Assembly: GCF_044704955.1 (NCBI RefSeq)
Contig: NC_091995.1
Span: forward strand, 26,474,001-26,538,000
From: Pristiophorus japonicus
Taxonomy: Eukaryota
Length of the DNA: 64,000 nucleotides
Direction: 5' to 3'
Part shown: positions 21,438-33,980 of the stretch, one piece after another
How positions within the stretch are numbered: the stretch's first letter is position 1
How the letters are laid out: the number at the start of each line of letters is the position of its first letter
Program-made: the position numbers and the translations under genes
The notes under the pieces: model-generated
The model's input: the letters and a program-made list of their open reading frames with translations, nothing else
Told to the model about the DNA's origin: nothing
Databases searched by the model: none

Positions 21438-23676
21438 ATGTGCAGAGAAATAAACCTCCTTCAATTCACCAAACATTTCATTTTCATCGGTTATTTTATT
21501 TCCCTCTCCGGTAAGTTTTTTTTCTCACTTCCAGTATCAATGTAATTCTGTTTCTGCGTTTCCCCTTGACTCTGTGTGACTGTTTTGCTGACTGTCTTTA
21601 ACCGGGACTGGGGTTCAGTCGCTCACTGATTTAAAGTGAATGAAGCTCAACTCATTCCCTGAGATCTTCAGTCTCATTCAGTCGGGCTCCTGTGAACAGG
21701 TAGATTCCCCCCTTACCAACTGGCCTCCAGTTACTGTTCCACACTGGGAGTTACCTCAACCTATAACTGTAGCTGGGATTTATTACTGAATTAACTGGTT
21801 TCTGACAAGTCTTTAATTATTATGTATTTACTAATGTATCAGATGTTCCCGTGTGTACCTTTTATCAAATGTGTAACATTGGCCGATTGGATCAATTGTT
21901 CTCTACCAAGTCTTTATTTAATGATTATAACATAGAATTGCATAGAATTTTCAGCACAGAATAGGCTATTTCGACAAACTGGTATAAGCCGTGGTTTACG
22001 CTCCTCATGCGCCTCCCCATAAAAAAGTCCTTCTATTCCTTTCTCCCTCATGTGTTTATCCAACTTCCCTTTAAATGCATCTATGCTGTTCAACTCAACA
22101 ATTCGCTGTGTTTGCGAGTTCCACATGCTCACCGCCCTCTGGGTAAAAATGTTTCTTCTGAATTCTATCGATTCAATCGTGACGATTTAATTATTGACGT
22201 CTCAAATGCTGTTGTTATCATCTGGGACGCTTTGCCTGAAAGGGAGTGGAAGCAGGTTCAACAATAAGCTTCAGCAAGGAATTGAATATATACTTGAAAA
22301 GGAAAAACATTGACGGTCTCTGGGGAAAGAGCCGGGTTGGGGGAGGTCGGGGGGCGGAGTGGTGTAAATTGCCTCGCTCTTTCAAAGAGCCAGGACCGGC
22401 ACGGTGGGCCGAATGGCCTCCTCCTGTGCCGCATGAATCTATCATTCTATAATTCCATACTTTCACTGGTCGTTATGTTCATTCTATCCAATGTATTCTT
22501 TGTTGGTGCTGCAGGTATTTTGTGATTTCAAACTCATGGGATGCTTTATAATCAGACTTCTGAGATAAACTCTTTGTAAGGAATTCTAAGCTGTTTTATT
22601 TCCCTTTCTGAAGCTGATTTATTGTTTTGAATGTGTTGCCGCCTCTGGAAGCCGTGTTACTCTGAACGTCGGTCAGAGAGAATTGAGCGGGACGATGAAC
22701 TAGTCTGTCCTTCTTCCCGTCTCCTACTCCACACTCACTCCCTGCTCCTCTTTAAGTGTCGAATGGGTTTTATTCCCCGGAGACACTCCATTTGCGATAC
22801 TAACCCGATCAAACTGCTTTGCCGACCCTGACAGACCCGGGTATACCTGTTCAGATTACCAGCGGGTCGCTCGTTCCTACAGGGAGAGAATCCACATCTA
22901 CCCGGAGAATGGATCCTTGTTACTGTGGGATCTGCAGCCCAGTGACAGTGGTGTGTATGTGATATCTGTTTTCAGTGGTGGGGACACAGACATTGAAGAC
23001 AATGTGACGTTAACAGTCTATCCTGGGGCAGGTAGGAATTCACAGTCTGATTATTGAACCAATTTAATCCTCAGTGCCCTTTGCTGATAGAGGAACATTA
23101 TTTAACTGTGTGCGCACTAGGTCCGTGCAGCAGAGCTTGGTCTCCAGTCGTCTTGATTAATCCTTGCCACTGGACCAAGACCTAGCTCTGTCAAGCCCGT
23201 GTGGTGGCTGGTGTGCAACGGCCAACCCACGTTAAAAAAATCCACGCACAGGCATCTTCCACCCGTCAACATCGGGATCTGGGAGCAAGGTGAAAATTGC
23301 CAGCAAATTGATAAAGAATGATTAAAGTCTGCCTTTTGAACCAAGTCGGGTTGCTGTAAATGATCACATTCTTGTTGCAGACACTGAGCATCCGACCCAG
23401 AGCTGCACAGAGCAAGCGGAGACCACCGGACAACTCCCCGCCCACCCACCCGCTCTCCTGCTCCGTGTGCTCATCTTTGGCGCTGTCACTGTGCTCGGGG
23501 CCTGCCTGTACTTGTGTGTGAGCCGGAGATACAGAGCGACTGACAGCGGGAGAACACCACCCATACCCGGGGATCGCGCTGTTCTGGGGTGGGCAACGGC
23601 TGGAGAATTCAATCCATTGGAAGTCCTGCTGGATCCGCAATACTTTCCTCACAATGTTTCAACAACTTGTATTTAG
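21438..23676 (+). pseudogene. Ig receptor copy B (exons 21438-21510, 22642-23031, 23381-23676)
   Basis: All three exons present. The exon-2 acceptor is CCG instead of CAG (22639-22641), and there is an in-frame TAG at 22701-22703. TM ALLLRVLIFGAVTVLGACLYLCV is retained. Confidence 0.88.
23110..23282. mobile_element. Unclassified ~170-bp insertion specific to intron 2 of copy B
   Basis: Absent from the equivalent intron of copies A (~19290-19320) and D (~30625-30650). Confidence 0.55.
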
Positions 23677-24983
23677 ATAGCGCCTTTAATACAGTAAAAC
23701 GTCACAAGGGGCTTCACAGGAGCGTCATAAACCACAATTTGACACCGTGCCAAAGCGGTAGGTTTTAAGAAGCGACTTAAAGGAGGCGAGCGAGTTAGAG
23801 AGGCGGAGAAGTTTAGGGATGTAATTCCAGAGTTTCGGGTCTAGACGGCTGAAGGCAGCGCCACCAATGGTGGAGCGATTACAATCGGGGATGAAAACCC
23901 TTGTTTTGAATTGTAAACTGGAACTCATGCGGTCCTGACCCTAGCGTAACTCTGGCGAAAACGCCACTTGGAATCCCTCCGATGTGAACTCCTGCCCTGC
24001 CCTCTGCCCGTTGCGGTTGTGAGTCGCCCTTCCGACCCTTTTTATACCTTCCACACCTTGAGGACGGCACAAAGTCTCGCACCGCCAATGAAGTACCTTA
24101 AAATATAGTCACCGTTCAATGTAAGGAAATGCAACAGCCAATGTGTGCCCAACAATATTCCAGAAATTGCAATGATATAAAAAGCCACATTGTTTTTAAT
24201 TATGTTAATTGAGGGGCAATGTCGAGATTGCAGATTAGATGTACAGAAATATTATCAAAATATCAATTTTTGTCATTGTTAAAGGGGCAGTATTTTTATA
24301 TATAAAGGATCTCAAACATTAAAAAAATCAGTTTGCAAATTAAAGTCAAAAGGACATCAACCCTGATGAAAGCTGCGTCTGTGTAATGTAAACCCGCCCT
24401 CAGCATGTCTTTTGTACTTTTGATCTCTTGCAATAACCAAGCTTAGGGCGTGAGATCTTAAAATAAACGAATGAAATCAAAAAAGATTTCTGTTCGATGT
24501 TATTATATGAACGAGATAAGGCCGCTTATTGAAAGCGGTGAAATGGTTAATGGGACAGCAGGCCCGGGATTTGCTCAGGAAGCACAGGATCATTGTACCT
24601 GGGGCGGTGGGATCTCTCCAGGACACATGGAGCTGGGGCTGGAGATAGAGAGAGATGGAGATGGACCCGGGCCCAGGCCTCTGTCGGTCTGCACACTCTA
24701 CCCGTTATTTTACTGATACCTCAAACATACCCACTTGAGTTGCTTTTGAAGAAACGATATTGACTGAAGGCTGAATTTATCATTTTAAATGTGAGATTTT
24801 TACTTGTCTCTGTTAACAATCTGATGATATTTTTTTCAATTTTGAATTGTTTTTGAAATAATTTCGCCACTTGATTCTGGTCACTTCCACTGTAAACCGA
24901 AATCACATGAGACGCACTCCTCCATTTAATTCAGTTCAAATCGGTGCCGCTTTATTGTGATATCGGGCGACCTGGAGCTCAAT

Positions 24984-26141
24984 TTGTGCAGGGAAAGAAA
25001 TCTCCTTAAATTCACCAACATGTTCCCTTTCAACAGTTATTTTATTTCCCTCTCCGGTAAATGTTTTTTCTTTCACGTCTAGTATCAATGTAATTCTGTC
25101 TCTGAGTTCCCCTTGACTCTGTGTGACTGTTTTGCTGACTGTCTTTAATCGGGGCTGGGGTTCAATCGCTCACTGATCTAAAGTGAATGAAGCACAACTC
25201 ATTCCCTGAGATCTTCAGTCTCATTCAGTCGGGCTCCTGTGAACAGGTAGATCCCCCCTCACCAACTGCCCTCCAGTTACTGTTCCACACTGGGAGTTCC
25301 CGCAACCTATAATTGTAGCTCGCATTTATTAATGAATTAACCGATCTCCCACAAAAAAAATAATTATTATTTATTTATTACTGTGTCTGATGTGCCCGTG
25401 TGTGTGTTTTATCAAGTGTGTAAAATTGGCAGATTGGATAAATTGAAATCTCCCAAGTCTTTATTTAATTATTATAATATAGAATTTACAGCACAGAATA
25501 GGCCATTTGGACAAACTGGTATTATGCTCCTCACGAGCCTCCCCATCAACATGTCCGTCTATTCCTTTCTCCCTCATGTGTTTATCCAACTTCCCTTTAA
25601 ATGCATCTATGCTGTTCAACTCAACAATTCGCTGTGAACGCGAATTCCACATACTCACCACCCTCTGGGTAAAAATGTTTCTCCTGAATTATATCGATTC
25701 AATAGTGACGATTTAATTATTAACCTCTCAAATGCTGTTGTTATGATCTGGGACGCATTGCCTGAAAGGGAGATGGAAGCAGGTTCAACAGTAAGCTTCA
25801 ATAAGGAATGGAGTATATAATTGAAAAGGAAAAACATTGAAGGTTTCTGGGGAAAGAGCGGGGGGAGTGGTGTAAATTGGATAGCTCTTTCAAAGAGTCA
25901 GGATCGGCACGGTGTGCCGAATGACCTCCTCCTGTGCCGCATTCTATCATTTCATGTTCTTTCACTGGTCGTTATGTCGACAGCGAGAGAACTCCACGCA
26001 CACCCGGGGATCGCACTGTTCAGGGGTGGGCAACGGCTGGAGAATTCAATCCATTGGAAGTCCTGCTGGAACCGCAATAACTTCCTCACAATGTTTCAAC
26101 AACCAACAACAACTTGCATTAATATAGCGCCGTTAAGTTAA
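24984..26141 (+). pseudogene. Ig receptor copy C (start codon lost; V and TM exons deleted)
   Basis: Exon 1 24984-25056 begins TTG. At ~25977 intron 1 is joined directly to the cytoplasmic part of exon 3 (GACAGCGAGAGAAC). Confidence 0.85.
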
Positions 26142-27574
26142 TAAAACATCACAAGATGTTTCACGGGAGTATTATACAACAACATTTGACGCCAAGCCAC
26201 ATAAGGATTAGGGCAGATGACCAATGGCTCGGTCAAAGAGGTAGGTTTTAAAGAGCGACTTAAAAGAGGAAAGAGAGGTGGAGAGGTTTTGGGAGAGAAT
26301 TCCAGAGTTTCGGGTCTAGACGGCTGAAGGCAGGGCCACCAATGGTGGAGCGATTACAATTGGGCAGTAAAACCCTTGTTCTGAATTGTAAACGAGAACT
26401 AATGCGGTCCTGACCCCAGCGTAACTCTGGCGAAAGCGCCTATTGGAATCCCTCCGCTGTGAATTCCTGCCCTGCCCTCTGCTCACTGCGGTTGTGAGTC
26501 GCCCTTCCGACACTTTTGTGTTTTGCCCACAAGTCTTTTACTGTGATTTCCCGGCCTGTTCTGTGAAGTGGCTTTTTCAAGGCCTCACTCCCGACCATCA
26601 GTTGCTCCAGTTTGTATAGCTCACGGCTCATTGACCACACCCAGTGTTATTGGAAGCACGGTCCTGTCTATTATAGCGGTTACTGGTACTTGCCGACATG
26701 TGGACTTCAAGTAAAGAAATAACAAATGATTCTCATTTAATGTTCAGTGTGCTGAGCACCTTAAACCTTAGAGCATTGAATTCAGATTTAGTCCCTTCAC
26801 TGCCACAGGATCATTGAGACACAAACAGCGGGCAAAATGAGGGGGACAGAAATAATCTCTGGGTGTGGATCAATATGGGAAGAAACAACTCGGATTTACA
26901 CCTTTCACAACCTCAGGACGGCACAAAGTCTGTCACAGACAATGAAGTAATTTACAGTGTAGTCACCGTTTAATGTCAGGAAATGCAGAGCCAATGTGTG
27001 CTCAGCAATGTTCCAGATATAGCAAGGAGATAAATTACACTTTTGTTTGTGATCTTAATTGAGGGGTAGTGTGCAGAATGTATTTTGATGTACGGAAATA
27101 TGATAAAAATAGCAATAATTGGTCATGGTCAAAGGGGCAATTCATTTCTCATAGAAAGTACTTACAATAGTCTGTTTGCAAACCCAAGTCGGAAAGACAT
27201 CAACTCTGTCTGTCTAATATAATCGCCGCCCTCAGCATGTCCTCTGTATGTTTGCTCTCTCCCAATAACCAAGCTTGGGGATGGGATCGTAAATAAACTG
27301 TTGAAATGAAAAAAAAATGTTCTTTCGATGTTATTATAGGAACGAGATGAGGCCGCTTATTGAAAGCGGTGAAATGGTTAATGGGACAGCAGGCCCGGGA
27401 TTTGCTCAGGAAGCACAGGATCATTGTACCTGGGGAGGTGGGATCTCTCCGGGGCACATGGAGCTGGGGCTGGAGATAGAGAGAGATGGAGATGGACCCG
27501 GGCCCAGGCCTCTGTCGGTCTGCACACTCTGCCAGTTATTTTACTGATACCTCAAACACACCCACTTGAGTGGT

Positions 27575-28455
27575 TTATTTATTATTTAAATGGAAAAAAA
27601 TTGCAACGTGCAGTAGTAAAGCGGGACCTGGTGCATGGAACGCAAAAGGTTAGTTTGCAGGTACAGCGAATGATCAGGAAGGCCAATGGAATCTTGGCTT
27701 TTATTGCAAAGGGGATGGAGTATAAAAGCAAGGAAGTCTTGCTACAGTTATGCAGGGTATTGGTGAGGCCACACCTGGAATACTGCGTACAGTTTTGGTT
27801 TCCATATTTAAGAAAGGATATACTTGCTTTGGAGGTGGTTCGGAGAAAGTTAACAAGGTTGATTCCGGGGATGAGGGGTTGACTTATGAGGAAAGGTTGA
27901 GCAGTGTGGACGTCTACACATTGGAATTCAGAAGAATGAGAGGTGATCTTATCGAAACGTATAAGATTATGAGGGGGCTTGACAAGGTGGATGCAGAGAG
28001 GATGTTTCCACTGATGGGGGAGACTAGAACTAGAGGGCACGATCTTAGAATAAGGGGCTGCCCATTTAAAACAGAGATGAGGAGAAATTTCTTCTCTCAG
28101 AGGGTTGTAAATCTATGGAATTCGCTGCCTCAGAGAGCTGTGGAGGCTGGGTCATTGAATAAATTTAAGACAGAAATAGACAGTTGAGTCTATGATCGGA
28201 TCAGCCATGATCGTATTTGCCAGTGTACCCTAGTCAATTCATGTCTCATACCATCGAAGTTACCTTTCTTTAAGTTCAGGACCCTAGTCTCTGAATTAAC
28301 ACTGTCACTCTCCATCTTAATTAAGAATGTTACCATATTATGGTCACTTTTCCGCAGGGGGCCTCGCACAACAAGATTGCTATTTAGTCCTCTCTCATTA
28401 CACAACACCCAGTCTAGGATGGCCAGCTTTCTAGTTGTCCTCGACATATTGGTCT
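27575..28455 (+). mobile_element. CR1 3' fragment (+, 27575-28213) fused to a minus-strand CR1 fragment (28215-28455), replacing the promoter/exon 1 of copy D
   Basis: [11 protein letters not shown] and FFSQRVVNLWNSLP on plus; AILDWVLCNE..SDHNMV on minus. Confidence 0.85.
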
Positions 28456-29185
28456 AAGCCAGTGTATAAGCTCCTTACCACGCTCCCCACAATCTATTTA
28501 CATCATCTAACCATCAACATATCCTTTTATTACCTTCTCCCTCGTGCTTATCTAGATTCCCCTTAAATGCATCTATGCTACTCACCTCAACCACTCCCTG
28601 TGGTAGCGAGTTTCCCATTCTCACCACTCTGGGTAAATTTATTTATCCTGAGTTCTTTGTTTTTCTTTAATAGTGAATATTTAATTATTAAAGTCTCACG
28701 TTCTGTTGTTATGGTCTGTAATGCTTTACAGATGGTGGTGCAGGCTCAAAGGGGCGAATGGCCTACTCCTGCAACTATTTCTATGTTTTCTATTCCATGA
28801 AAGGGTGGTGGAAGCAGATTCAGCAGTAAGCTTCAAAGGGGAATTGAGTATATAGTTGAAAATGAAACAGTTGGAGGGCTCCGGGGAGTGAGTTGGGGGA
28901 GTGGGACTAATTGGATAGCACTTTCAAAGAGCCGGCACAGGCACAATGGACCAAATGGCCTCCCTTTGTGCGGTATGAATCTATGATTCTATAATTTCAT
29001 CTTCTCTGATTGATCGTTATGTTCATTCTATCAAATGTATTCTTTGTTGGTGCTGCAGGTATTTTGTGATTTCAAACTCATGGGATGCTTTATAACCAGA
29101 CTCCTGATTTAAAACCTTCATAAGGAATTCTAAGCTGTTTTATTTCCCATTCTGAAGCTGATTTATTGTTTTGAATGTGTTGCAG

Positions 29186-31050
29186 CCTCTGGAAGCCGTG
29201 TTACTGTGAGCGCCGGTCAGAGAGAAGTGAGCGGGATTGTGAACAATATACATAGATGACCTGGAAGAGGGGACAGAGTGTAGTGTAACAAAATTTGTAG
29301 ATGACACAAAGATTAGTGGGAAAGCGGGTTGTGTAGAGGACACAGAGAGGCTGCAAAGAGATTTAGATAGGTTAAGCGAATGGGCTAAGGTTTGGCAGAT
29401 GGAATACAATGTCGCAAAATGTGAGGTCATCCACCTTGGAAAAAAAAACAGGAAAAGGGAATATTATTTGAATGGGGAGAAATTACAACATGCTGAGGTG
29501 CAGAGGGACCTGGGGGTCCTTGTGCATGAATCACAAAAAGTTAGTTTGCAGGTGCAGCAGGTAATCAGGAAGGCGAATGGAATGTTGGCCTTCATTGCGA
29601 GAGGGATGGAGTACAAAAGCAGGGAGGTCCTGCTGCAACTGTACAGGGTATTGGTGAGGCCACACCCGGAGTACTGCGTGCGGTTTTGGTCACCTTACTT
29701 AAGGAAGGATATACTAGCTTTGGAGGAGGTACAGAGACGATTCACTAGGCTGATTCCGAAGATGAGGGGGTTACCTTATGAAGATAGATTGAGTAGACTG
29801 GGTTTTTACTCGTTGGAGTTCAGAAGGATGAGGGGTGATCTTATAGAAACATTTAAAATAATGAAAGGGATAGATAAGATAGAGGCAGAGCGGTTGTTTC
29901 CACTGGTCGGGGAGACTAGAACTAGGGGACACAGCCTCAAAATATGGGGGAGCCAATTTAAAACCGAGTTGAGAAGGAATTTCTTCTCCCAGAGGGTTGT
30001 GAATCTGTGGAATTCTCTGCCCAGGGAAGCAGTTGAGGCTACCTCATTGAATGTATTCAAATCACAGATAGATAGATTTTTAACCAATAAGGGAATTAAG
30101 GATTATGGGGAGCGGGCGGATAAGTGGAGCTGAGTCCACGGCCAGATCAGCCATGATCTTGTTGAGTGGTGGAGCAGGCTCGAGGGGCTAGATGGCCTAC
30201 ACCTGTTCCTAATTCTTATGTATGTCCTTCTCCCCGTCTCCTATTCCACAATCACTCCCTACTCCACTGTAAAGATAAAGTGGGTTTTATTCCCCGGAGA
30301 CACTCCATTAGTGACAGTGACCTGATCAAACTGCTCTGCCGACCTTGACAGACCCGGGTATACCTGTTCAGATTACCATCGGGTCGCTCCTTCCCACCAG
30401 GAGAGAGTCCACATCTACCTGGAGAATGGATCCTTGTAACTGTGGGATCTGCAGCCCAGTGACAGCGGCGTCTATGTGATATCTGTTTACAGTGGTGGGA
30501 ACATAGCCAGTGAAGGCAATGTGACGTTAACAGTCTATCCAGGGACAGGTAGGAATTCACAGTCTGATTATTGAACCCATTTAATCCTCAGTGTCCATTG
30601 CTGATAGAGGAACATTATTTAACTGTACTGCACTTGTCACTTGGAAACAAGCTGAATATTGCCAGCAAATTGATAAAGAATAATTAAAGTCTGCCTTTTG
30701 AACCTAGTCGGGTTGCTGTAAATGATCACATTCTTGTTGCAGGCACTGAGCATCCGACCCGGAGCTGCACAGAACAAGTGGAGACCACCGAACAACTCCC
30801 CGACCACACAACCGCTCTCCTGCTCCGTGTGCTCATCTTTGGCGCTGTCACTGTGCTCGGGGCCTGCCTGTACTTGTGAGTGAGCCGGAGATACAGAGCG
30901 ACTGAAGCGGGAGAACTCCACCCACACCCGGGATCGCGCTGTTCAGTGGTGGGCAACGGCTGGAGAATTCAATCCATTGGCAGTCCTGCTGGAACCGCAA
31001 TAACTTCCTCACAATGTTTCAACAACTTGTATTAATATAGCCCCTTTAAT
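29186..31050 (+). pseudogene. Ig receptor copy D (V exon split by CR1; multiple stops; no exon 1)
   Basis: V exon 29186-29244 and 30223-30548. Stops at 30323 (TGA) and 30437 (TAA). Exon 3 from 30743 has TGA at 30877. Confidence 0.88.
29245..30222 (+). mobile_element. Young 5'-truncated CR1 inserted into the V exon of copy D
   Basis: Uninterrupted 244-aa ORF 29399-30133, complete 3' UTR and TTCTTATGTATG tail. Confidence 0.93.
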
Positions 31051-32762
31051 GTAATAAAACGTCCCAAAGTGTTTCACGGGATTAATGTGCAACAATATTT
31101 GACGCCGAGCCACATAAGGAATAATTCGGGCAGGTAACCAATAGCTCGGTCAAAGAGGTAGGTTTTAAGGAGCGTCTTAAAGGCGGGAGAGAGGTAGAGA
31201 GGTGGAGTGGTTTGGGGAGATAATTCCAGAGTTTTGGGTCTAGACGGCTGAAGGCAGGGCCACCAATGGTGGAGCGATTAGAATCGGGGAGTAAAACCCT
31301 TGTTCTGAATTGTAAACTAAAACTAATGCGGTCCTGACCCCAGCGTAACTCTGGCGAAAGCGCCTATTGGAATCTCTCCGCTGTGAATTCCTGCCCTGCC
31401 CTCTGCTCACTGCGGTTGTGAGTCGCCCTTCCGACCCTTTTGTCTGTTGCCCACAAGCCTTTCACTGTGATTTCCAGGCCTGTTCTGTGAAGTGGCTTTT
31501 TCAGGGCCTCACTCCCGACCATCAGTTGCTCCAGTTTGTACAGCTCCCGGCTCATTGACCACACCCAGTATTATTGGGAGCACTGACCTGTCTATTATAG
31601 CGGTTACTGGTACCTGCCGACATGTGGACTTCAAGTAAAAAAAGAACACATGATCTCTCATTTAATGCTCAGTGTGCTGAGCACCTTAAACCCGAGAGCA
31701 TTGAATTCAGATTCAGTCCCTTCACTGCCACAGGATCATTGAAACACAAACAGCGGGCAAAGTGAGGGGGACAGAAATAATCTCTAGGTGTGGATCAATG
31801 TGGGAAGAAACAACTCGGATTTACACCTTTCACAACCTCAGGACGGCACAAAGTCTCTCACAGACAATGAAATAATTTACAGTGTAGTCACCGTTTAATG
31901 TCAGGAAATACAGCAGCCAATGTGTGCTCAGCATTGTTCCAGATATAGCAAGGAGATAAAGGACTATATTGTTTTATTGATGTTAATTGAGGGCTAAGTG
32001 TACAGAATGTAGATTTGATGTAGGGAAATATTATTTAAAAATAGGAATTATTGGTCATTGTTAAAGAGGCAATAATTTTCTCGTAGAAAGGACTTGAAAT
32101 CTTAAAAAAATGTTTGCTTAACCTAGTCAGAAGGACATCAACTCGCATGATGAAATTCCGCGTCTGTCTAATGCAATCCCCACCCTCAGCATGTCTTCTG
32201 TATTTTTGGTCTCTCCCAATAACCGAGCTTGGGGCATGGGATCGTAAATAAACTATTGAAATGAAAAAAGTCCTGTGGATTTTATTTTATGAACGAGATG
32301 AGGCGCTTATTGAAAGCGGTGAAATGGTTAATGGGACAGCAGACCCGGGCCCTGCCCCGAAAGCACAAGATCATTGTATCTAGGACAGTGGGATCTCTCC
32401 GGGGCACATGGGGCTGGAGACAGAGAGAAATGGAGACGGACCCGGACCCAGGCCTCTGTCAGTCTGCACACTCTGCCACTTATTTTACTGATACCTCAAA
32501 CACACCCACTTGAGTTGTTTTTGAAGAAACTATATTGACTAAAGGCTGAATTCATAATTTTAAATGTGAGATGTGTACATTTCTATGTTAACGATCTGAT
32601 AAGGTATTGATTTCGAAATGATTTTAAAACAATTTCGCCACTTGGTTCTGGTCACTTCCGCTGCAAACCCAAACCCCTGATCACATGAGAGACACTCCTC
32701 TATTTCATTCAGTCCTGCTCGGTGTCCCGTTACTGTGATATCGGGGCGACTCAGAGCTCACT

Positions 32763-33260
32763 GTGTGCAGGGAAATGAATCTCTTTCAATTCACCAACAT
32801 TTTCACTTTCATCAGTTATTTTACTTCCCTCTCCGGTATTCTGTTTCTAAGTTCCGCTTGACTCTGTGTGAATGTTTTGCTGACTGTCTTTAATCGGGGC
32901 TCGAGTTCAATCGCTCACTGATCTAAAATGAATGAAGCTCAACTCTTTCCATGAGATCTTCAGTCTCATTCAGTCAGGCTCCTGTGAACAGGTAGATTCC
33001 CCCTCACCACCTGCCCTCCGGTTACTGTCAGTTCCCGCAACCTATAACTGTAGCTGGGAATTATCAATGAATTAACTGATCTCGCACAAGTCTTTAATTA
33101 TTATTCTTTACGATCGTGTCAGATATCCTCGTGTGTATGTTTTACTGGTACCTGCCCAGAGATAGACTTCAAATAAAGAATGAACAAATGAACTCTCATT
33201 TAATGCTGAGCAAATTAAACCCGAGAGGGTTGCATTCAGTTTTAATTCCTTCATTGTCAA
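32763..33260 (+). pseudogene. Ig receptor copy E (exon 1 with GTG start; V and TM exons deleted)
   Basis: Exon 1 homologue 32763-32835. At ~33140 intron 1 joins sequence homologous to ~20275-20400 (TTACTGGTACCTGCC..), including AATAAA at ~33172. Confidence 0.8.
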
Positions 33261-33774
33261 AGGTTCATTTACCTGTCTATGAAACGTTTGTCCTGTTGTC
33301 ACAATCGTTCTCCCACCTTTAAGTCAAATTTCCTTTATAAACTTTTATGCCCATGCTTATAATGGAAACTCCAAAGTGAACGTGTCACATTGCACTTACA
33401 CCCTCTTTCCAAGAGATGGTGGCTTAGTCCCACTCCCTGAGCCTGCTCTGCATAAACTCCGATTCTCCTCCCAATTCTCATTTTATTGGCTCCCAAATTG
33501 CCCTCAGTTTTACTATTGAGCTACAAATAATAACATCATATCAAAGTAGTATGCAATAATACAGACAGAGTGTGTTGATGCTGAAGATGCAGCTGCTCAC
33601 TGGCCTTGATAAAGGGCAGGTTTTGCAGCTGTGTCTTGACTTCGGCCTGACGTGATTGAAAAGAAATGGCTGCAAGGGGATGTTTCAGGAGGGCGAGCTG
33701 TTTCAGCGACGCCAAGCTGGAAACTCTCCTGGAATCTGTGGAGGGAAGGAAGCGGCTACTCTTCCCTCAAAATA

Positions 33775-33980
33775 GTGGGAACTGAATATTCAGGTTATTT
33801 GACACTGGGAATTGAATATTCAGGACATTTGACACTGGGAACTGAATATTCAGGCCATTGACACAGGGAACTGAATATTTAGGGTATTAGACACTGGGAA
33901 CTGAATATTCAGGCTATTGACACAGGGAACTGAATATTCATGATAATTGACACTGGGAACTGAATATTCAGGAATTGACA
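33775..33980 (+). repeat. 29-30-bp tandem repeat (CTGGGAACTGAATATTCAGG..TTGACA) x7 at the 5' end of a CR1
   Basis: Direct reading. The last unit runs into CR1 endonuclease sequence (AGGAAGGATAGACAGGAAGGTAAAGGAGG). Confidence 0.88.

Noticed and set aside
33775-33980. CRISPR-like appearance of 30-bp palindromic repeats
   Set aside because: No unique spacers, vertebrate context, and the unit derives from CR1.
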